From Mycolicibacterium smegmatis (GTDB lineage: Bacteria; Actinomycetota; Actinomycetes; Mycobacteriales; Mycobacteriaceae), in NCBI RefSeq assembly GCF_001457595.1, contig NZ_LN831039.1, positions 3,990,001-4,022,000 on the forward strand: a stretch of 32,000 nt of DNA, written 5' to 3'. The position numbers and the translations under genes were made by a program. Below, in pieces: positions 25,101 through 32,000 of this stretch (the stretch's first letter is position 1; every line of letters starts with the position of its first letter). The notes under the pieces were generated by a model, which worked only from the letters and a program-made list of their open reading frames with translations, was not told where the DNA came from and searched no databases.

Positions 25101-25751
25101 TTCGAGGAGTTCGGGTTCGGCGGTGCGCAGCGAGGCGCAGAAGACCGGCAGCGGCCTGCCGCCGGCGTTCTCGATCGCCCGGCACAGGGCCTCGACATAG
25201 GCGGTGTTCCCGGCGAGCTGCTGGGCACGGTAGTAGAGCACCGCGATCTTCGGTGCGCCGTCGAGAGACTGCGCCTCAGCGTGTTCGAGGGGGCGTTCGA
25301 GGATGCCCCAACTCGGGGTGGCGACGGGCGGCGCGAATCCGAATCCCGTCATGAGCAGGGTATCGGAGAGGAACGCGTGCAGGTTGCGCAGGTTCTCCAG
25401 CCCGCCCTGCGCGAGGTAGATGTGGGTCTGCAGGGCGGCGCCCTGCGGTGCGGTCGAGTGCCGCATGAGCTCGGCGTCGGGGGTCTGCTCGCCGCTGACC
25501 ACGACCGCGGGCACGCCGCTGGCTACCACGGCGTCGATCCCGTCCTGCCAGGCCCGGTATCCGCCGAGGATGCGGACCACGGCGATATCGGCGCCGGCCA
25601 GCAACTCTTCGAGCTCACCGTCGACGAGGCGCGACGGGTTGGCCCACCGGTATCCGGCGCCGCTCGCGCGGGCCGTGATCAGATCGGTGTCCGAGGTCGA
25701 CAGCAGCAGGATCGTCGGCGCGCTCGGGACAGCATCACGTGGGTCAGGCAC
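22116..25751 (-). CDS. cobN: Cobaltochelatase large subunit CobN (aerobic B12 pathway), 1211 aa
   Basis: Full-length CobN/Mg-chelatase H-family protein that is GC3-rich along its length. The 1266-aa antisense ORF is a shadow. Confidence 0.95.
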   Translation of the reverse strand: MPDPRDAVPSAPTILLLSTSDTDLITARASGAGYRWANPSRLVDGELEELLAGADIAVVRILGGYRAWQDGIDAVVASGVPAVVVSGEQTPDAELMRHSTAPQGAALQTHIYLAQGGLENLRNLHAFLSDTLLMTGFGFAPPVATPSWGILERPLEHAEAQSLDGAPKIAVLYYRAQQLAGNTAYVEALCRAIENAGGRPLPVFCASLRTAEPELLELLGTADALITTVLAAGGATPAAVGAGGDDDSWNVAHLAALDIPILQGLCLTSSRSDWSDNDDGLSPLDVATQVAVPEFDGRIITVPFSFKEIDHEGLISYVADPERCARVAGLAVRHARLKSIAAKDKRVALVFSAYPTKHARIGNAVGLDTPASAVALLRAMRAHGYDLGADDDIPGVISGDGDALIHALIERGGQDAEWLTEEQLARNPIRVPAKDYREWFATLPAELADAVVEHWGPPPGDLFVDRSRDPDGEIVIAALQAGNLVIMVQPPRGFGENPVAIYHDPDLPPSHHYLAAYRWLDSAFPGSFGADAVIHLGKHGNLEWLPGKTLGMSAACGTDAALGDLPLIYPFLVNDPGEGTQAKRRAHATLVDHLIPPMARAETYGDIAKLEQLLDEHANVSALDPGKLPAIRQQIWTLMRAAKMDHDLGLQDRPDEDSFDDMLLHVDGWLCEIKDVQIRDGLHVLGQKPTGAGELDLVLAILRARQLFGGEQTVPGLRQALGLVEDGSDDRAAVDAAEAGARELVAALQETGWDPAAVDTITDNPDIARILKFAATEVVPRLAGTEGEIDQVLRALDGGFIPSGPSGSPLRGLVNVLPTGRNFYSVDPKAVPSRLAWETGVAMADSLLARYREDYGRWPQSVGLSVWGTSAMRTAGDDIAEVLALLGVRPVWDDASRRVVNLEPIDLAELGRPRIDVTVRISGFFRDAFPHVVTMLDDAVALVAALDEPAEHNYVRAHAQADLAEHGDERRATTRIFGSKPGTYGAGLLQLIDSRNWRDDADLAQVYTAWGGFAYGRGLDGAAASDDMNRAYRRIAVAAKNTDTREHDIADSDDYFQYHGGMVATVRALTGKAPAAYIGDNTRPDAVRTRTLSEETNRVFRARVVNPRWINAMRRHGYKGAFEMAATVDYLFGYDATAHVMADWMYERLAGEYVLDDENRKFMNESNPWALHGMAERLLEAATRGMWAEPEPATLDGLRQVLLETEGELEG

Positions 25752-25808
25752 TCACCATTCGTACCGCACCGACCGTCAGCGCAGTTACGTCGGTACGGTC
25801 GGCGCTGG

Positions 25809-25916
25809 TCAGAGCTGCATCTCGCCGAAGCGCTCGTGCCAGGACCGGCGGTACGGGCGGCCCGTGACCGCGACGAGCCCCGCGACGACGGCGACGAAGA
25901 CACCGAATGCGACCAT
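25809..25916 (-). CDS. Small single-TM protein, 35 aa (MVAFGVFVAVVAGLVAVTGRPYRRSWHERFGEMQL)
   Basis: ATG 25916 preceded by GAAAGGAC. GC3 is G/C in nearly all codons, unlike the upstream in-frame codons of the 67-aa ORF. Ends 57 nt before cobN. Confidence 0.5.
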   Translation of the reverse strand: MVAFGVFVAVVAGLVAVTGRPYRRSWHERFGEMQL

Positions 25917-26054
25917 GATCGCGTCCTTTCTGGAACCTGTTCCAATTTCCCGGTACCGGCGGTCCGGGGAACTGGAAGTGAAGTTACCCCGGGCAACCGG
26001 CGAAGTTCTCAATCTGTAAGGGAGCGAACAGGTTAGGAATCCGAGTGACGGATG
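25917..26054 (-). other. 138-nt comparatively AT-rich, palindrome-rich leader (possible cis-regulatory RNA), class unassigned
   Basis: GGAACCTGTTCC (25932-25943), CCGGTACCGG (25950-25959), and CCGGGG...CCCCGG (25964-25992). Confidence 0.3.
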
Positions 26055-26528
26055 TCACAATTCCCTGGCCGGTGAGACGTCCCACCGCGCCCGGCCCACG
26101 AACGGACGCAGGACGATCAGGTACACCGCGCCGACCGCGACCGGCGCGGCAAGCGGCACCCACGGCAACGTCAGCTGCCAGAACCCGACCAGCATCGCTG
26201 CCGCGGTGAATCCCAACGCGCACAACATCATCGGGCGCGTCGTGGTGACCACCGACGTTCCCGCCGCGTGGCGGACCGCCAGGTACACCGCGGCCGACAG
26301 GCCTGCCAGCGCGGCGTAGAGCACGTCGGGTTCCGACAGCGCGAGAGCGGCCGCGGCCGCCCACACCGCGACGGTCGACGCCGGTCGCCACGCGGGCCCC
26401 ACCGCCACCGCGGCGGCCGAGATCGCCGCGGCCACCAGTGCCGGACCGTCGGCGGGCGCGGCCACCGCCGCGGCCATGACCAGGCCGAGGGACGTCGAGA
26501 ACACAAGCGGCGCGGGCTGAGTGCGCAT
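26055..26528 (-). CDS. Polytopic membrane protein, 157 aa, unknown family (last gene of the MoxR cassette)
   Basis: ATG 26528 shares one nt with the DUF58 stop (TGATG). Ala/Val/Leu-rich with 4-5 predicted TM segments. Confidence 0.7.
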   Translation of the reverse strand: MRTQPAPLVFSTSLGLVMAAAVAAPADGPALVAAAISAAAVAVGPAWRPASTVAVWAAAAALALSEPDVLYAALAGLSAAVYLAVRHAAGTSVVTTTRPMMLCALGFTAAAMLVGFWQLTLPWVPLAAPVAVGAVYLIVLRPFVGRARWDVSPAREL

Positions 26529-27771
26529 CACCGCGTCCTTCGTCTGTGCCGGTCCGGGATCAACCGCATGACATCCTGCAGCGGGATGTCGCCGCGCCAG
26601 TGCACGACGTCGATGCCGATCGTGCTCATGTCGCGGTACATCGCCGAGCGATGCAGCGCCCACAGTCGCGGGATCAGCGGGTCCAGGCCGTCCGGGTTGT
26701 CGAACGGCGCTCCCTCAAGGACGTCGACGGCCACCACGGCGTGCCCGTGTTTGGCCAGCTCGATCAGCGCGAACGCGAACTCGGTGTTCAGCATCGTGGA
26801 GAACGCCACCACGATGGCTCCCGGTGGCACCGCGGCGCGCGGCGCGAGCGTGCCGGTGGTTGTCTCGAACCCGCCGCCCGCCCCGAGGATCGCGTCGAGC
26901 ACGCGGTAGAACTGCCTGCGCCCGATGTCGAGCCCGAGCCACCGCGGTTGCCTGCCGCCGAGCGCCACGATGCCGGCCCGGTCGCCGCTGCGCAGCGCGC
27001 TCTGCACCACCTGCGCCGCGCCGCGTGCGGTGCGCTCGGTGGCCTGTGTGGCCGGGCCGGGCGCCTGGTCGTGGGTGTCGATGAGCACCACGACGTCGCC
27101 CCCGCGATCGGTGAGCCGCTCGGTGACGTGCAGTCGTCCGCGGCGGGCACTCACCGGCCAGTTGACGGTGCGCAGATGATCGCCCGGCACATAGGGCCGC
27201 ACGTCGGCGTACTCCACCCCGGGTCCGGTGTGGCGGGTCAGGTGGGTGCCGAGCCGGTCGGGCAGTTCGGCGCGCGGCATCGGGGTGAGATGTGGTGCGG
27301 CCAGCGGGAACACGTAGAGCTCCGCGGCCTCGACGGTGCCCGTGCCGGTCACGAGTCCACCCGGCGCGGTCACCGTGACGTGCGCCCGCAGCGGGTAGCG
27401 GCCCCAGCGCGACGCGTTCGCGCGCACCCTCTGCTCGGGACCCGCGCGGTCGCCCGGCTCGAGCCGCAAACCCTCGACGCTGTCCACCCGCAGCCGGGCA
27501 TCGGCGCCGGCACTGCTGCTCACCCGCACCGACAATTCGGCGCTCTCGTTCTCGAAACACCGCACGGTGGCGGGCTCTGCGCCGACCTCGACCGAGACGC
27601 GAGGCCGCTGCCAGTAGGCCGAACACAGCACACCGAGCAGTGGCGAGGCGAAGATGACCAATTGCCAACGGAATCCGAGCACCGCGATCAACATCGCACC
27701 TGCCGCGGCGGTGGCCACGGACTTAGTCAGAGGCGACGCGCCCCAACGCAGCGGCACGTGCACACCGACGG

Positions 27772-27775
<4 letters not shown>
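26528..27775 (-). CDS. DUF58 (vWA-like) protein with N-terminal TM hairpin, 415 aa
   Basis: VRPYVPGDHLRTVNWPVSARRGRLHV is the DUF58 signature. ATG 27775 overlaps the moxR stop (ATGA). Confidence 0.85.
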
Positions 27776-28728
<953 letters not shown>

Positions 28729-29224
28729 GTTCGCCTGACTGGTCGCAGCTGCTCCAATCGTTGCAGGATCTCCGCGAGCACCGCGCGGCCCGGGCCTGGT
28801 CCGTCGTCCCGTGCGGAGGCGACGTTGTTGGGATCCACCCACTGCCACAACCGTTCTCCGAACAGCATCCGACCGGTGGCCTGGAATGCCGACTGGTCGC
28901 CGACCAGTCGTTGTCCGCTGGCCGCGGCGAACTCCCTGGCCAACCGTGGCCGCAGATGGCGGTCCCACTGGCTGCGAGTGGAATCGGCTCGGCTGATGAG
29001 GATCTCGGTCTCGGACTGCCAGCGCGCCAGCAGTTCGGCCGCGTCCTCCGACGCCGTGCTGCGCGCATCGTGGACTGGATCTTCGCGCAATGCCAGGCGC
29101 ACCGAGACCAGCAGCACCGCGAGCGCAGCGCCGGTGGCCCAGCCGATCATGCTGCGGCCCGGCACCGCGAGCGCTGCCAGTTCGACGAACACCACCAACG
29201 CAAAGCCCGCGACCACGAACCGTT

Positions 29225-30154
29225 TCATACGAGGCTCCGCAGATCGGCGTGTACGCGCTGCAGCGCGGCGACCGCGGCCGCGCGATGCGTCTCGGTCATC
29301 CGGTGCGGGCTGAACCGCGCCTCGGCGAACAGCTCGACGAGTTCGGTTGCGCTGTCGGCATTCAGCGCGTGATGCTCGACCGCACGGGCGAGCACCTCCG
29401 ACGGTGTGTCGGATTCCTGCGGGACCGCTTCCGGTGCGTACGCGAGGCCCTGTTCCATGGCCGCATAGCACGCGATGATCGCGGTTCTGGGGTCGCGGCT
29501 GAGATCCCCGATCTCGGCGAGCCCGAGTTCGGTTGCGCGGACCAGCTTCTCCGGGTTTCTGGGGTGAACCGGCAGGACCGGCCAGGTGTCGTCGGCCCGG
29601 TGCAGGTGGGCCGCGGCGCGGCGCCTGGCGCGCAGGATGGTCCCGATCGCGATGAGCAGCAACATGATCACCCCGGCCACCGCGAGCAGGCGGAACGCGG
29701 TGGCGTCCCCAGGATCATCGGGTACCCGGGCCTCGCCCGGCGCGCCCGGGCTTTCACGCCCCGATCCGTCCTGGGGCGGGGGCAGTTCAGACGTGTCGGT
29801 CAACCGGGAGATCAGGACCGCGACCGACAGCCAGCACATCAGGACCGCCAGGCCCAGCAGTACCCATCGCCACCGCAGACGCGCCCGTGGCCCCCGTAGA
29901 CCGGCCTGGGGGATGTCGTCGCCGGCACCGGATACGCGGGGCTTGCGCGGTGCGGTGAAAATCGCGAACGCAAAGCCTGCCAACCCCACCGTGAGAAGCG
30001 CCGCGACGGCCACGAACGTGGCCGGAGAATCGGTGGGTGCCTGCGCCTGGGCGCGGCTGCCGCCGGGGACATGCCCGCGCAGTGCGACGACAGCGACCAC
30101 CATGAGCACGAGCACTGTGGCCACGCGCCCCGCGGCATTCTGCAAACCGGGCAT
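29225..30154 (-). CDS. Four-TM protein with C-terminal DUF4129 domain, 309 aa
   Basis: C-terminal [12 protein letters not shown]...TPSEVL...[17 protein letters not shown] pattern is typical of DUF4129. First gene of the cassette. Confidence 0.75.
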   Translation of the reverse strand: MPGLQNAAGRVATVLVLMVVAVVALRGHVPGGSRAQAQAPTDSPATFVAVAALLTVGLAGFAFAIFTAPRKPRVSGAGDDIPQAGLRGPRARLRWRWVLLGLAVLMCWLSVAVLISRLTDTSELPPPQDGSGRESPGAPGEARVPDDPGDATAFRLLAVAGVIMLLLIAIGTILRARRRAAAHLHRADDTWPVLPVHPRNPEKLVRATELGLAEIGDLSRDPRTAIIACYAAMEQGLAYAPEAVPQESDTPSEVLARAVEHHALNADSATELVELFAEARFSPHRMTETHRAAAVAALQRVHADLRSLV

Positions 30155-30269
30155 CGCCTGGTCAATGGTCGCACGATTTCAAATCACGCCCGGCAAAACC
30201 GTTCACTCGATCGCCCGCCGGGGGCCTAATGACTGCGTGAGTGAACTTCGTGCGACAAACCCGGGTCAG

Positions 30270-31169
30270 GTGCAGGTCACCGTGACCAAGCTCGGGGCCC
30301 ACATCGGCGCCAGGATCGACGGCGTGCGCGTCGGCGGCGACCTGTCCCCCGCCACCGTGAGCGCCATCAACGCGGCCCTCCTCGAGCACAAGGTGATCTT
30401 CTTCTCCGGCCAGGACCATCTCGACGATGCCGGACAGCTGGAGTTCGCCGAGCTGCTGGGTACGCCCACCGTCGCCCATCCGACGCTCGCCGAGGGCGCC
30501 GAGCAGTTGCTGCCGATCGACTCGCGCTACGACAAGGCCAACAGCTGGCACACCGATGTCACGTTCGTCGACCGTATCCCGAAGGCGTCGCTGCTGCGCG
30601 CGATGACGCTGCCCAGCTACGGCGGCACCACCGCGTGGGCCTCGACGGAAGCGGCCTACCAGCAGCTGCCCGCGCCGCTGCGCACGCTGGCCGACAACCT
30701 GTGGGCCGTGCACACCAACCGGTTCGACTACGCCGACAGCGCGATCTCCGCGGAACAGCGTGGCTACCGTCAGCGGTTCGAATCCGACTATTACGAGGTC
30801 GAGCACCCGGTGGTGCGGGTGCACCCCGAGACCGGTGAGCGGGTCCTGCTCCTCGGCCATTTCGTCAAGTCGTTCGTCGGACTCAAGGACACCGAGTCCG
30901 CGGCTTTGTTCCGGCTGTTCCAGGACCGGATCACGCGGCTGGAGAACACCGTACGGTGGAGCTGGAAGCCCGGTGACCTGGCGATCTGGGACAACCGCGC
31001 CACGCAGCACTACGCGGTGGCCGACTACGACGACCAGTACCGCAGGCTCAACCGCGTCACGCTGGCCGGTGACATCCCGGTCGACGTGTACGGCGAACGC
31101 AGCCGCGTCATCGCCGGTGACGCGTCGAGTTACTCCCCGGTGGACAGCCCGGTCGCCCTGGCGAGCTGA
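30270..31169 (+). CDS. TauD/TfdA-family Fe(II)/2-oxoglutarate dioxygenase (taurine/alkyl-sulfate dioxygenase-like), 299 aa
   Basis: [13 protein letters not shown]..., WHTDVTF (HxD), [13 protein letters not shown] 30270 was chosen because codons 30237-30269 have low GC3; the alternative start is 30237. Confidence 0.85.
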   Translation: MQVTVTKLGAHIGARIDGVRVGGDLSPATVSAINAALLEHKVIFFSGQDHLDDAGQLEFAELLGTPTVAHPTLAEGAEQLLPIDSRYDKANSWHTDVTFVDRIPKASLLRAMTLPSYGGTTAWASTEAAYQQLPAPLRTLADNLWAVHTNRFDYADSAISAEQRGYRQRFESDYYEVEHPVVRVHPETGERVLLLGHFVKSFVGLKDTESAALFRLFQDRITRLENTVRWSWKPGDLAIWDNRATQHYAVADYDDQYRRLNRVTLAGDIPVDVYGERSRVIAGDASSYSPVDSPVALAS

Positions 31170-31190
31170 GTTCCTAGAATGGGTCCGAGT

Positions 31191-32000
31191 ATGACCCGGA
31201 CCCGTGACCAGGACGCCTGCCCCGGTGCGCTGACAGTGCACCAGGCCGCTGACGGCGCGCTCGTGCGCATCCGGCTCGCGGGCGGCGCCATCACAGCCGC
31301 GCAGCTGGCCACCCTGGCCGATGTCGCGAACGATCTGGGTTCTCCGGCAATGGAACTCACGTCGCGCGGCAACATCCAGATCCGTGGGCTGACCGACACC
31401 GACGCCGCCGCGGCGGCGCTGGCCGGCGCCGGACTGTTGCCGTCACCGACACACGAGCGCGTGCGCAACATCGTGGCCTCGCCGCTGACGGGACGGTCGG
31501 GCGGGGTCGCCGACGTCGGCGCCCTGGTCTCCGAACTCGACGCGGCGATCCAGGCCGAGCCCGAGCTGGCCGGGTTGCCGGGCCGGTTCCTGTTCGGTCT
31601 GGACGACGGGCGCGGCGACATCTCCGGTCTCGGCCCCGACGCCGGGGTGCACATGCTCGACGCCGGCACCGGCGCTCTGCTGCTCGGCGGGTGTGACACC
31701 GGGGTACGGATCGACCGCGCCGGCGTGGTGCCCACGCTGATCACCGTGGCCCGCCGGTTCGCGAAGGTGCACGGAAAGGCCTGGCGTGTCGGCGAACTCG
31801 ACGACCTGGCGCCGCTGCTGGAGGGTTTGACGGCGTCCGGACCAGGTGGGCAGCGGTGGGCCCCGACCGTGCGGCCGCCCGTCGGCTGGATTCCCCAGCG
31901 CGACGGCCGTGTAGCGCTGGGCGCCGGGGTGCCGCTGGGTGTGTTGTCCGCGCGCGACGCGCAGTTCCTCGCCGCGATCGAGGCGCCCATCGTGATCACG
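31191..32000 (+). CDS. cobG: Precorrin-3B synthase CobG, N-terminal 270 codons; 3' end outside window
   Basis: MTRTRDQDACPGALTVHQAADGALVRIRLAGGAITAAQLATLADVA...ELTSRGNIQIRGL. The frame is open to the window end, which is why it is absent from the ORF track. GC3-rich. Confidence 0.8.
   Translation, partial: MTRTRDQDACPGALTVHQAADGALVRIRLAGGAITAAQLATLADVANDLGSPAMELTSRGNIQIRGLTDTDAAAAALAGAGLLPSPTHERVRNIVASPLTGRSGGVADVGALVSELDAAIQAEPELAGLPGRFLFGLDDGRGDISGLGPDAGVHMLDAGTGALLLGGCDTGVRIDRAGVVPTLITVARRFAKVHGKAWRVGELDDLAPLLEGLTASGPGGQRWAPTVRPPVGWIPQRDGRVALGAGVPLGVLSARDAQFLAAIEAPIVIT

Noticed and set aside
22236-26036. 1266-aa plus-strand ORF, the longest in the window
   Set aside because: It is exactly antisense to cobN. 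The composition is Gly/Arg/Val/Ala/Asp-rich low complexity with no recognisable motif, as expected for a stop-free shadow frame in high-GC DNA. The cobN frame has the family sequence and GC3 bias.
25917-26100. Cobalamin riboswitch upstream of cobN
   Set aside because: I looked on both strands for the conserved core (AGGGAA...GGUG..AA.CC...CCCGC) and the B12 box (GCCACUG). The plus strand has AAGGGAGCGAACAGGTTAGGAATCC, which superficially resembles the core. However, it faces away from cobN, lacks the pairing partners and has no B12 box. The minus strand has only GGGAAATTGGAAC. I do not call it; it remains a testable possibility in the findings.
30173-30246. GATTTCAAATC palindrome and the 8-bp inverted repeat GTTCACTC/GAGTGAAC in the DUF4129-tauD divergent spacer
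   Set aside because: The arms are too short (5 and 8 bp) to tell apart from chance, and there is no known motif match. Noted only as candidates if a sulfur regulator site is sought.
31130-31999. 289-aa minus-strand ORF
   Set aside because: It is a shadow of cobG, with Ser/Pro/Arg-rich composition and no motifs.

Overview
High-GC actinobacterial chromosomal DNA with GC3-rich codons throughout. The gene order rbpA, ppm1, lnt, amidohydrolase, fxsA, PPOX-like, cobN ... cobG is the conserved Mycobacteriaceae rbpA-cobN neighbourhood. ppm1 and lnt are separate genes here (fused in M. tuberculosis Rv2051c), which points to a fast-growing, M. smegmatis-like Mycolicibacterium. I support 31 protein-coding genes (first and last cut by the window edges), 3 hairpin terminators, several promoter/operator candidates and a set of short repeats. 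I see no rRNA, tRNA, CRISPR array, transposase, integrase or phage gene. Most long ORFs in the six-frame track (for example the 1266-aa ORF antisense to cobN) are GC-driven shadow ORFs. Functional blocks: (1) 1-3104, flavin monooxygenase, esterase, and a DUF35/thiolase pair behind a KstR-like operator. (2) 3097-3559, a repeat-rich unit around a DUF167 gene. (3) 3591-9136, minus-strand carboxylesterase, copper amine oxidase, and a kinase fused to an unknown domain. (4) 9912-13637, ssuCBAD sulfonate operon. (5) 13783-16303, lipoprotein, winged-helix/alpha-beta-hydrolase regulator and Zn-ribbon protein. (6) 16427-25751, rbpA, then the ppm1-lnt-amidohydrolase-fxsA-PPOX-cobN minus-strand string. 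(7) 25809-30154, a small membrane ORF plus a five-gene MoxR/DUF58/DUF4129 membrane cassette directly upstream of cobN. (8) a TauD-family dioxygenase and cobG. Best leads: the MoxR(AAA+)/DUF58(vWA-like) cassette co-directional with cobN; three 7-bp direct repeats at 11-bp phase next to a receiver-less OmpR-type wHTH/hydrolase fusion; the kinase fusion protein; the 23-bp perfect inverted repeats and 13-mer family around DUF167; the small ORF and structured leader upstream of cobN. Caveats: all family assignments come from motif recognition by eye and no searches were run. CDS ends come from ORF-track arithmetic; hand-counted non-coding motifs may be off by 1-2 nt.
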